The notes below the pieces were generated by a model. That model was given only the letters and a program-made list of their open reading frames with translations, ran no database searches and was not told the DNA's origin. A program made the translations under genes and the position numbers. A stretch of DNA of 34,461 bases from a virus, in UHGV virus genome UHGV-1142857; one strand, written 5' to 3'. Shown here one piece after another: positions 1 to 6,765 of the stretch; position 1 is the stretch's first letter, and every line of letters starts with the position of its first letter.

Positions 1-103
1 CTGCACCACTCGCCAAAGCTGCACACCTCACCAAAGCTGCACTCCTTGCCAAAGCGGCACACCTCACCAAAGCTGCACCTCTCGCCAAAGCTCTTGATCT
101 GCG
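1..103. repeat. 18-bp tandem repeat array (unit about caaagctgcacNNNNcNc), coding for the hexapeptide repeats of the junction protein
   Basis: Five or six consecutive 18-mers. Variation is confined to the x codon and synonymous ggc/ggt Gly codons. The same unit recurs at 34385..34461. Confidence 0.8.
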
Positions 104-185
104 TATAGTCGCCGCTGGGACAGATCAGCCACCCAAAATCGTCTCTCTCAAACCCTTCCAGGTCTTTTTCTGTATATACCTTCAT
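1..185 (-). CDS. N-terminal part of a Cys-rich hexapeptide-repeat protein (S/R-F-G-E/K-x-C)n; continues across the window junction into 34161..34461
   Basis: ATG at 185..183 preceded by AAGGGGAG. Minus-strand translation is MKVYTEKDLEGFERDDFGWLICPSGDYTQIK then SFGERC SFGEVC RFGKEC SFGEVC SFGEWC, running off position 1. Absent from the ORF track because it is truncated. Confidence 0.55.
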   Translation of the reverse strand, partial: MKVYTEKDLEGFERDDFGWLICPSGDYTQIKSFGERCSFGEVCRFGKECSFGEVCSFGEWC

Positions 186-323
186 CCTATCTCCCCTTCT
201 GCCGTTTCCTCTCTCGCAGATACGCCGTTCTTCTTCCCTGCACATACCCGGCAATCTCCTGGGCCTTTCTCTTCTTTTTCGCCCCCTGCTTGTCCAGGAT
301 CCGGGTTAGAAACGCCGACTTGC

Positions 324-617
324 TCAGTTTAGTCCGTCCCATAGCCCCAGCCTTTGCCCTTCCCGATACCGTTTTTTCATCTCTTCAATGTCGATGCCGG
401 CATACTGGTAAGCGGCCTTTGTGCTCACGTTGTATGGATACAATATGCCAATGCCTTCTTCTATTTGAATTTTGCGGATTTCTTTTTTGATTCGTGCCAT
501 GCTATATGAGGATTCCAATCCAAAAAGTTCCCTAAGCTGCACATTTCCGATTTCACTTGGATACTTATACCAGATTCGCAGTGCTGTCAGTGTGTCAATC
601 GGCTTGGCCATTTTCAA
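324..617 (-). CDS. early HTH-like DNA-binding protein of uncertain role (antirepressor or excisionase-like candidate)
   Basis: 97-aa ORF just downstream of the cro-like gene; TTG/ATG start with GAGGGTGA Shine-Dalgarno. Segment LTALRIWYKYPSEIGNVQLRELFGLESSYSMARIKKEI is helix-turn-helix like. Confidence 0.4.
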   Translation of the reverse strand: MKMAKPIDTLTALRIWYKYPSEIGNVQLRELFGLESSYSMARIKKEIRKIQIEEGIGILYPYNVSTKAAYQYAGIDIEEMKKRYREGQRLGLWDGLN

Positions 618-634
618 TTTGTTTCACCCTCTTC

Positions 635-856
635 CTATTGACTGTCCGACGCCTGTTTTCCCAGATCCGGGTCAAGGTCAATCACCGTGCATCCCAGCGC
701 CTCAGCGATTACTTTCAGTGTCGGATAAGGCATCACTTTTGTTCCCCGCTCGAGCTGGTAGATATATGAGCTTGTCGCCTCGATCCGCCTTGCCAGTTCT
801 GCGCCGGAAATTCCCATTTCTTCCCGTTTCTCCTTGATTCTTTCTCCTAGCGTCAT
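635..856 (-). CDS. cro: Cro/CI-type (XRE family) HTH transcriptional regulator, cro-like
   Basis: 73 aa, MTLGERIKEKREEMGISGAELARRIEATSSYIYQLERGTKVMPYPTLKVIAEALGCTVIDL is a canonical XRE HTH. Divergent from the CI-like gene across the operator region. Confidence 0.85.
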   Translation of the reverse strand: MTLGERIKEKREEMGISGAELARRIEATSSYIYQLERGTKVMPYPTLKVIAEALGCTVIDLDPDLGKQASDSQ

Positions 857-962
857 TTTTCCTTCTTCCCCTTTTTCGCCATTTTTGCTTGCTATTTCGT
901 GTTATGTAGGATATAATCCAAATAGGGCGGCGGGTTGTTATCCCGCAAACCCCATCTGGCGG

Positions 963-1052
963 TTAGCTCAGTGCCTTGATCGCTTTTTCAAGCGTTTCCT
1001 CGGCACAATCGTTGGCGTACCACACGCCGTCGATTCTTCGCAATGTATTCAT
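963..1052 (-). CDS. 29-aa micro-ORF at the 5' end of the lytic transcript (MNTLRRIDGVWYANDCAEETLEKAIKALS)
   Basis: ATG 7 nt after AGGAGGTT. Lies between the leftward promoter and cro. Followed by the hairpin GCGGG-ataacaa-CCCGC. Too short for the ORF track. Confidence 0.3.
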   Translation of the reverse strand: MNTLRRIDGVWYANDCAEETLEKAIKALS

Positions 1053-1122
1053 CGGCTAACCTCCTTTCTGCCACTCGCCCACCGAGTGGCTTTTTTTCAA
1101 GGTAATTGCTTACCTTGGTTAT

Positions 1123-1151
1123 AGTATATCTTAGGAAAATCCTAAAGTCAA
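1123..1151 (-). promoter_or_regulatory. leftward lytic promoter: TTGACT, 17-nt spacer, TATACT on the minus strand, with operator O1 occupying the spacer
   Basis: Reverse complement of 1146..1151 is TTGACT and of 1123..1128 is TATACT. The 17-nt spacer is the palindrome TTAGGAAAATCCTAA plus 2 nt. Confidence 0.6.
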
Positions 1152-1196
1152 TAAGTTTTTTAGGATTTTCCTAAATAATTTTTAGGATTTTAGGAG
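1131..1196. promoter_or_regulatory. operator cluster: 15-bp palindrome TTAGGA-AAA-TCCTAA at about 1131..1145 (O1), its inverse at about 1160..1174 (O2), a half-site at about 1182..1191 (O3) overlapping the CI-like RBS
   Basis: Direct reading of repeated palindromic sites between the divergent cro-like and CI-like genes. O1 to O2 centre spacing is about 29 bp. An extra palindrome GGTAA-ttgc-TTACC lies at about 1101..1114. Confidence 0.65.
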
Positions 1197-1204
1197 CCTG
1201 ATCT

Positions 1205-2164
1205 GTGGATATCGTTTTATCAAGAATATTAAAATTAAAATCTGAGAAGAAAATCTCAGATACCCAATTTACAAAAGATTTGCACTTTTATAGTTCGATT
1301 GTTTCCGAATGGAAAAATGGAAGTTCTAAATCTTATATGAGGCATCTACCCAAGATTGCCGATTACTTCGGCACAACGGTTGATGCAATTCTTAATGGAG
1401 AAACTAATAAACAAGAGACGTCCAGGAAAAAATCCATTACGACTATGGATACAGTAAGCCGAATTTGTGAATTGATGAATAAAAATAATATTAAAGATGC
1501 AGAGTTAGAGCGCTCCCTAGGTATTGGGAACAAAATCGTTTATGGGTGGAAAAAAGGTCGTTCAAAATCTTATATGGATTACCTTCCTCAGTTAGCAAAA
1601 ATTTTCCATGTGTCCGTTACCTATCTTTTGTGCTTAACTGATTACCCAAATGAACTTCCATCCACAATGGGAATCTTAAATGATCATATTTCAGAAGAAC
1701 CCAAATATCTTCGTGAGGAAACATTGGATCACCCACCTGGTCTTTCTTTCCAGACTTTTCCTCTTAGCGAGAGCACGGTGGCAATGATCCCCATCGTTTC
1801 CACGGTGCGCGCCGGCTGGAATGGTGTGCCGGAACCTGTCTATGATGGGATGATGGCGGTCTATGATCAGAAAAACCCCCAAGAATATGTCTGGATGAAG
1901 GTTGAGGGAGATAGTATGGAACCTTATATTATGGAGGGGGATTTTGTTCTGGTTCATATCCAGCCTACTGCCGAAAACGGGGAACTTGTCGTTGCCATGC
2001 TGGACGGCGAGGAAGGTACGGTTAAAAAATTTCAACGTAATAAAAGTGGCGTGATGTTGGTTCCTTATAATTCAAAATGCCCAACTGTCTTTGTGCCGAA
2101 TGACCGACTGGATGCTTTTTTAATCTATGGGGTTGTAAAAAAATCCATGAGAAATTATACATAA
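1205..2164 (+). CDS. CI-like phage repressor: tandem XRE-type HTH domains plus C-terminal S24 (LexA-like) peptidase domain
   Basis: GTG start 10 nt after TAGGAG. Two HTH-like blocks: ILKLKSEKKISDTQFTKDL...SIVSEWKNG and ICELMNKNNIKDAELERSLGIGNKIVYGWKKG. Ala-Gly cleavage-like site at RAGW. GDSM Ser nucleophile with Lys in TVKKF about 37 aa later. Confidence 0.85.
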   Translation: MDIVLSRILKLKSEKKISDTQFTKDLHFYSSIVSEWKNGSSKSYMRHLPKIADYFGTTVDAILNGETNKQETSRKKSITTMDTVSRICELMNKNNIKDAELERSLGIGNKIVYGWKKGRSKSYMDYLPQLAKIFHVSVTYLLCLTDYPNELPSTMGILNDHISEEPKYLREETLDHPPGLSFQTFPLSESTVAMIPIVSTVRAGWNGVPEPVYDGMMAVYDQKNPQEYVWMKVEGDSMEPYIMEGDFVLVHIQPTAENGELVVAMLDGEEGTVKKFQRNKSGVMLVPYNSKCPTVFVPNDRLDAFLIYGVVKKSMRNYT

Positions 2165-2328
2165 CAAAGATCCCAGAGAGGAATCGCTTGGTATTATTAG
2201 CCATCGAATGAGTCAGAAAAAAGTAAATACTTTGTAAGAAATACAAATTCGGCGGGATATACCTTATAAAGGATAGGAATTTCCTGTTTGTATGATTTAC
2301 GATTATATAATAAAGGAGAATCTCTAAA

Positions 2329-2904
2329 ATGAGTAAAAAAAAGAAAACCGTTGTTATTGTTGTTTCGATTATTCTGGTTTTAATTCTTGTTTATGTGATA
2401 TGTGCTCTTACTGGAAATTTGCAGCCTGCTGATGAAAATGATTCAAAGCCAGAAGCAACCACTTCTCCGTTACCGTCTGGAACGCTTGCATCGTATGGTT
2501 GGAACCCCGCTGATTCTAGTAATGAAATCGGAACAACTGCTCGAGCAGATGAAATTCAATTAAAAGGCATAAACGATGCAAAGAACATTACAAAAGATGA
2601 TGCTGCTATAGTTTGGGATCAGGGTATTCAATATTTAAAGGAGCATTCCAGCAATTTCTTTGAAAGTACAGAGATTATGGAACAATCTTTATATTATGGA
2701 AGTTTTATATGCAAATATATAGAAGAAAACGCAGCAGCCGACAACGCTTCACAGTTACCTGATTCGACCCGTGCGGCATATGACGGTGCGCAGCATTCTG
2801 TTCAAGCTATTAAGTATGTATATAGAGGTTCCCAGTCCATAGAAGATGAGGTAACTCAATTTGATCTAAAAGAAGCCCAGGAAAATCTGGCAAAATTCAA
2901 ATAG
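2329..2904 (+). CDS. membrane-anchored protein (N-terminal TM helix, extracytoplasmic domain); moron
   Basis: MSKKKKTVVIVVSIILVLILVYVICAL is a signal anchor. Markedly AT-rich compared with the rest of the window. Sits between repressor and integrase. Confidence 0.6.
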   Translation: MSKKKKTVVIVVSIILVLILVYVICALTGNLQPADENDSKPEATTSPLPSGTLASYGWNPADSSNEIGTTARADEIQLKGINDAKNITKDDAAIVWDQGIQYLKEHSSNFFESTEIMEQSLYYGSFICKYIEENAAADNASQLPDSTRAAYDGAQHSVQAIKYVYRGSQSIEDEVTQFDLKEAQENLAKFK

Positions 2905-2939
2905 CCTAGATTGTAATTATAATATAAGGGAGAATTTTT

Positions 2940-3578
2940 ATGGCCTTTTTGGATTTTTTTGCAAAAAAAGAACCGCAAAAAAAATATGGCGAAGTTAATG
3001 ATTTTTCTAATGGTGATTTTTGCTTAAAACTCATTTCAGAAAACTATGGGGTAGAAAATCCAGATCGGTATGAAATATTTGAGAAAGTACTTAACAAGTC
3101 AAAACAATATAGTGATCCGCTACATATTTTAGCTTGTGCATATGCCTGTCACTACTCTAAGGCTGAATTAAGAATGGATGCTATATCATATTTTGAAAAG
3201 TATTTAGAGAATCCAGTACCATGTAAAAATCCCCTATTCAATATTTCTCATGTGTATAGAGATTTAGGAAAAGATTATGAGGCAGAATATAATTTTAATT
3301 CTGCCGAAAAATGTTATAAAAACGCAATTTTGAAAAACGGGTATAGAAATCATGTTCATCCAATCAGCAAGCATCCCAGCTTATCTCCAGAGGAAGTTAT
3401 GCTAGGACGTCTCTATTTAAAAGTTAGTACACAAAAGGCTGTTGAATATTGGGAAAGTTTTACATGCCTCGATGTGTATAGAAGCGATGACCAATTCAGA
3501 AGACGAGTAGATATCGAGTATAAAAATGCTACTGAAAAGCATGCGAAAGGGTATGTTTATAAGCCGCGCAAAAAATAA
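2940..3578 (+). CDS. cytoplasmic TPR-like repeat protein; moron partner of 2329..2904
   Basis: 212 aa, AT-rich. TPR-like helical repeats: DPLHILACAYACHYSKAELRMDAISYFEKYLEN and NISHVYRDLGKDYEAEYNFNSAEKCYKNAILKN. No recognisable catalytic motif. Confidence 0.5.
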   Translation: MAFLDFFAKKEPQKKYGEVNDFSNGDFCLKLISENYGVENPDRYEIFEKVLNKSKQYSDPLHILACAYACHYSKAELRMDAISYFEKYLENPVPCKNPLFNISHVYRDLGKDYEAEYNFNSAEKCYKNAILKNGYRNHVHPISKHPSLSPEEVMLGRLYLKVSTQKAVEYWESFTCLDVYRSDDQFRRRVDIEYKNATEKHAKGYVYKPRKK

Positions 3579-3596
3579 TAAAGAAAATAAGTAATA

Positions 3597-3625
3597 TTGT
3601 AAATTTAAGAGATACATAGTATAAT
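3597..3625 (+). promoter_or_regulatory. consensus-like sigma-A promoter TTGTAA, 17-nt spacer, TATAAT
   Basis: TTGTAA at about 3597..3602 and TATAAT at about 3620..3625 with a 17-nt spacer. Sits 20 nt after the stop of 2940..3578 and about 170 nt before the integrase start. Confidence 0.5.
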
Positions 3626-3631
3626 ATAACC

Positions 3632-3710
3632 AACCAGAAATTCTAAACAGGCCCTTGCCAGTACGCGCCCCCAGGATCGGGGAACGCCGAGCACAAGGGC
3701 CTCATTTTAC
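3632..3710 (+). ncRNA. candidate small RNA or leader: about 17-nt single-stranded 5' region, then a long imperfect hairpin (9-bp outer stem AGGCCCTTG/CAAGGGCCT with an internal sub-hairpin), then CAUUUUAC
   Basis: Positioned just after the promoter at 3597..3625. Promoter, hairpin and U-tract together resemble a terminated short transcript of about 78 nt or an attenuator in front of int. Structure was inferred by eye. Confidence 0.3.
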
Positions 3711-3735
3711 TAAGGATAATATGGGAAATAATAAG

Positions 3736-3756
3736 ACCGTGACAGTTTGTCACGGT
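3736..3756. promoter_or_regulatory. perfect 9-3-9 palindrome ACCGTGACA-gtt-TGTCACGGT about 40 nt upstream of the integrase start
   Basis: Direct reading. No U-tract follows, so a protein-binding site is more likely than a terminator. Confidence 0.45.
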
Positions 3757-3792
3757 TTGAAAACGACCGCTTCGTGATTAAAAGGAGACGCT

Positions 3793-4923
3793 ATGCCCTT
3801 CTATAAAATGAACGGAAAACGCGACGGGAAACAAAAATACCGGGTGCGCATCAACTATCTGGACAGCGCCGGAAAGCCGCACCAGATTGACCGCGTCACC
3901 TATGGTCTGGAAGAGGCAAAGCTCCTGGAGCTTCAGCTCGCAAAGGAAGTCAAGGATGAGGCGCCTGCAAAGCGCATGACCCTTCAACAGCTCTTTGATG
4001 AATATAGTAAGGCCCGGAAAGGCAGTGTGCGGGAATCCACGCTGGATAAGTCGCAGCGAATTTTGAAAGGCCACGTTTTGCCGGATCTTGGTGGAGTGCG
4101 GCTCCATAAGCTGACTACGCCGGTTCTCATGCAGTGGAAGATGGGCATGGAGCAGAAAGGCCTTGCCATAGTAACCCGTCAAAACGCCTATGCGGAATTT
4201 CACATTCTTTTAAATTATGCCTGCCGAATGGAATATTTGCCGAAAAATCCGCTGGATAAGGTTGGAAATTTCCGGGCTTCCGGCGAGATAAAGAAGGAGA
4301 TGCAGTATTACACGGCAGACGAGTTCAAAAAGTTCATTGCCGCCGCCCGTGAGAACGCGGAAAACGCGGATAGAAACGGCGTTTTAGGTGAATGGGATTA
4401 CTATGTATTCTTTGCCATTGCTTTCTATACAGGACTGCGAAAAGGCGAAATTCACGGTCTGGAATGGCGGGATATTGATGGGGCCTATTTGTCCGTCAAG
4501 CGGAGCATCGCCCAAAAGCTCAAGGGAGACGACCGGGAAACCGCGCCGAAAAACAAAAGCTCTATCCGGACACTGCAAATCCCCGTCCCCCTTCTGCGAA
4601 TTTTGGACGAGCACAAGGCAAGATGGAAAGCGGTTCCCGGATTTACAGAAACATATAAGGTATGCGGCGGCGTCCGTCCCCTGCGGGATACCACAATCCA
4701 GCTGCACAACAAAAAGTTTGCCGATATGGCTGGGGTCAAAAAAATCCGCATCCACGACTTCCGGCACTCTCACGCCTCCCTTCTGGCAAATGCAGGGATC
4801 AATATTCAGGAAGTAGCCCGCCGTCTCGGACATTCCCGGATCGAAATGACGTGGAACACCTATTCCCATCTCTATCCAAAAGAAGAGGAAAGGGCTATCA
4901 AAGTACTGGATGAAATCGTTTAA
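3793..4923 (+). CDS. int: tyrosine site-specific integrase
   Basis: 376 aa with an N-terminal arm-binding-like region. C-terminal catalytic signature R...HDFRHSHASLLANAGINIQEVARRLGHSRIEMTWNTYSHLY (R, HxxR, Y). RBS AAAGGAG. Confidence 0.92.
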   Translation: MPFYKMNGKRDGKQKYRVRINYLDSAGKPHQIDRVTYGLEEAKLLELQLAKEVKDEAPAKRMTLQQLFDEYSKARKGSVRESTLDKSQRILKGHVLPDLGGVRLHKLTTPVLMQWKMGMEQKGLAIVTRQNAYAEFHILLNYACRMEYLPKNPLDKVGNFRASGEIKKEMQYYTADEFKKFIAAARENAENADRNGVLGEWDYYVFFAIAFYTGLRKGEIHGLEWRDIDGAYLSVKRSIAQKLKGDDRETAPKNKSSIRTLQIPVPLLRILDEHKARWKAVPGFTETYKVCGGVRPLRDTTIQLHNKKFADMAGVKKIRIHDFRHSHASLLANAGINIQEVARRLGHSRIEMTWNTYSHLYPKEEERAIKVLDEIV

Positions 4924-4972
4924 AAAATGCTTTTTCGCAAATAAATCGTGTAAAAAACGTGTAAGGCAAAAC

Positions 4973-5001
4973 AAAAACCCGCTATTTAAGCGGGTTTTTT
5001 T
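4973..5001 (+). terminator. rho-independent terminator downstream of int (AACCCGC-tatttaa-GCGGGTT plus T7)
   Basis: 7-bp GC stem followed by TTTTTTT. Confidence 0.8.
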
Positions 5002-5183
5002 GGTGTTTGGTGGAGACAGCTGGTGTTATTTTTCATTAAATTTAATATTTGCAACAATTATATAAAGCTGAAAAAGCCGATTATAAACGGGTTTTTCTTA
5101 GTTTTCGTGTGATTACAATCAATCGAAAATATGCTAAATTTGCAAAAAACGTGTAAGAAACGTGTACAGAGCCAAACAAAAAA

Positions 5184-5210
5184 AGAGCCGGATTAAATCC
5201 AGCTCTTTTA
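5184..5210. terminator. bidirectional hairpin terminator (AGAGC-CGGATtaaATCCaG-GCTCT) with T-run on plus and T7-like run on minus
   Basis: Stem with one mismatch. Plus strand is followed by TTTTA. On the minus strand the upstream A-run gives UUUUUUUGUUUGG. Confidence 0.5.
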
Positions 5211-5330
5211 AGTATGCGTCATTGATTTTTTCGACCTAACAGTATAAAATATTCATTGAAAAAGGTGCACGTTTTCGGACTGCACTGGGGGAGTCACTCG
5301 GTGGCTCTCTTTTTGTTGCTCTTTGCCAAA

Positions 5331-5358
5331 TAAAAAAGAGGGACTATGCGATCCCTCT
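5331..5358 (-). terminator. rho-independent terminator of the toxin-antitoxin operon (AGAGGGA-ctatgcga-TCCCTCT; minus strand reads stem then UUUUUUAUUU)
   Basis: The stem overlaps the toxin stop codon. A-run 5332..5337 on plus equals a U-run on the minus transcript. Confidence 0.75.
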
Positions 5359-5684
5359 CATTTTAGCCATTCTGTATCCATCATCATTTGGATTTTCATT
5401 ATATCATAGTTGTTCAGCCGCCCAATTTTCCTGATTAAATCTCTTGCTTCTAATCTAAAAATTTTAGACAGCCTGACTGTCGTTTCTTTCTCCAGCCCGG
5501 CCTCTTTCCAATATTTTATAGGATATTCACCCCATATTCCCGGCCTGGGACCCATTGTCGTTGCTGGTGCTACTGTCGCCACAACATGATCTCGCAGAAA
5601 CACTATCGGTCTTTCCTTTTTCGTATCATTTTCCTCGAATTTTACTGCGGCCCACCAGACCTCCCAGCATCGACTTTTCCCCAT
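5358..5684 (-). CDS. MazF/PemK-family toxin (endoribonuclease-like), translationally coupled to the upstream antitoxin
   Basis: 108 aa. CWEVWWAAVKFEENDTKKERPIVFLRD...VVATVAPATT...TTVRLSKIFRLEARDLIRKIGRLNNYDIMKIQ matches the PemK/MazF pattern (aromatic-rich N-terminus, ERPxLV, T-x-hydrophobic core, C-terminal IG.L...DM..I). ATG lies 0 nt after the antitoxin stop. Confidence 0.65.
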   Translation of the reverse strand: MGKSRCWEVWWAAVKFEENDTKKERPIVFLRDHVVATVAPATTMGPRPGIWGEYPIKYWKEAGLEKETTVRLSKIFRLEARDLIRKIGRLNNYDIMKIQMMMDTEWLK

Positions 5685-6224
5685 TTAATTAAACATATCC
5701 TCCGGCAACACCATACAACCGTCTTTATCTCTGCCAGGAAGAATCTCCTTTTTCGCGATCAATTCATCAAAGGACTGTAATTCACCCTCGCGGTGTGAAA
5801 AATACTCTTTCATTTCCTGCAAGTCTATTACGCTGTTATTTCCCTTTCGATACGCCCTATCCCATGGGCCGCCAGGAACATGCGTCATCGTAGATAAAGC
5901 AGGCGCCGTATACTTGCCGTATTTTCGCGCTACATCAAAAAGAAGGCTTTCCTCTTCATCAGTAAAAACATCCGGATTATAGCCGGGATCGACTTGGGTT
6001 ATTGTGTCTCTGCTATACCTGGCATACTTGCCTCTTGCCTTTTGCGGAACCGGACCATAGTCCCACGCCTGTATTTCATCATCAAACAGAGGGCGTCCCA
6101 GCTTAACTAAGCTCCATCCTTGCGCATAATATAGCATTTTATATAGCTTCATTTGTGTCATATTGTCATCAAATGCAGGTGACACTTCAATGAAAAAATT
6201 TGCCACATCAAACACACTGGCCAA
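5685..6224 (-). CDS. Panacea-domain (DUF4065, SocA/PanA-like) antitoxin
   Basis: Probable TTG start at 6224 after AAGGAGGGAG (the track's longer ORF starts at 6245). Hallmark motifs VFDVANFFIE and MKLYKMLYYAQGWSLVKLGRPLFDDEIQAWDYGPV. C-terminal extension of about 50 aa beyond the domain. Confidence 0.7.
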   Translation of the reverse strand: MASVFDVANFFIEVSPAFDDNMTQMKLYKMLYYAQGWSLVKLGRPLFDDEIQAWDYGPVPQKARGKYARYSRDTITQVDPGYNPDVFTDEEESLLFDVARKYGKYTAPALSTMTHVPGGPWDRAYRKGNNSVIDLQEMKEYFSHREGELQSFDELIAKKEILPGRDKDGCMVLPEDMFN

Positions 6225-6293
6225 TGTACTCCCTCCTTTTCTCATCTTAGTTTCACAAGGCTTTCAAATTTACCCCGGTTAATTCTTATCTAT

Positions 6294-6321
6294 AGTATAC
6301 CCCAAAAACACGTCTTTGCAA
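6294..6321 (-). promoter_or_regulatory. promoter of the antitoxin-toxin operon: TTGCAA, 16-nt spacer, TATACT on the minus strand
   Basis: Reverse complement of about 6316..6321 is TTGCAA and of about 6294..6299 is TATACT. About 60-nt leader to the TTG start. Confidence 0.5.
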
Positions 6322-6439
6322 TGATGTTTTTTTAACATTTATAATTCGTTTACATTCATTTGTATGCACTATTCGCCACTTTTGCGCAACATTCCTTCTT
6401 TTAAGTAGCTTTTTGCTCTATTTTTGTTTCTTTAAATGC

Positions 6440-6470
6440 AAAAAAGAGGGGCCTCATAGCCCCTCTTTTT
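6440..6470. terminator. bidirectional rho-independent terminator after the lysis cassette (AGAGGGGC-ctcata-GCCCCTCT with A-run and T-run flanks)
   Basis: 8-bp GC-rich stem. On the minus transcript the stop of 6470..6763 is followed by stem plus UUUUUUGCAUUU. Confidence 0.8.
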
Positions 6471-6763
6471 CAGATCAAATATGTGATGATATATGTGACG
6501 GCCCCACCGGCCAGGGCGGATAGAAGAATCTGCCATAGGGCGAAGCGCCGCCGGCTCTTTTCCCCCTCCATGGTGTCCAGGCGTTCATCTATACTGTTAA
6601 CCCGCACATTCATCAACTGTAAGGCTTCCGCCATCTCCTGTATGCTTTTTACCATCTTTTCAAAGTTCTTCTGCTGGGTAAAAAGCGTTTTCAGTTCTTC
6701 TTTGTGCGCCGCCAGAGCCGCCTCATGCTCCATCACCTTTGTCGTTAACTGATGTACATCCAT
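6470..6763 (-). CDS. XhlA-like (haemolysin XhlA family) lysis-associated protein: coiled coil plus C-terminal TM helix
   Basis: 97 aa with heptad-rich N-terminus and C-terminal WQILLSALAGGAVTYIITYLI. Sits immediately after the holin. Confidence 0.5.
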   Translation of the reverse strand: MDVHQLTTKVMEHEAALAAHKEELKTLFTQQKNFEKMVKSIQEMAEALQLMNVRVNSIDERLDTMEGEKSRRRFALWQILLSALAGGAVTYIITYLI

Positions 6764-6765
6764 GT

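Larger units (their letters stand above)
4940..5215. other. probable attP region: two pairs of direct CGTGTA(A/C) repeats 11 bp apart (about 4947/4958 and 5150/5161) flanking an AT-rich core of about 150 bp
   Basis: Non-coding gap of about 430 bp directly after int. Duplicated module aaaaaacgtgtaag...caaaacaaaaa...hairpin on both sides. This arm-site-like architecture is typical of attP. Confidence 0.45.

Noticed and set aside
1-103. Possible CRISPR array or non-coding iterons suggested by 18-bp direct repeats at both ends
   Set aside because: No spacers; repeats are contiguous and in-frame; variation follows codon positions; the flanks encode a coherent N-terminus and C-terminus of one protein.
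3649-3702. tRNA-like element (7-bp acceptor-like stem GGCCCTT/AAGGGCC)
   Set aside because: Only about 53 nt between the stem halves and no D/anticodon/T-arm cloverleaf can be drawn. More likely a terminator or sRNA hairpin.
5221-5330. tRNA 3' fragment marking the attP core
   Set aside because: No GGTTCGAATCC-like T-arm or CCA-proximal acceptor sequence recognisable; the core remains unmapped.
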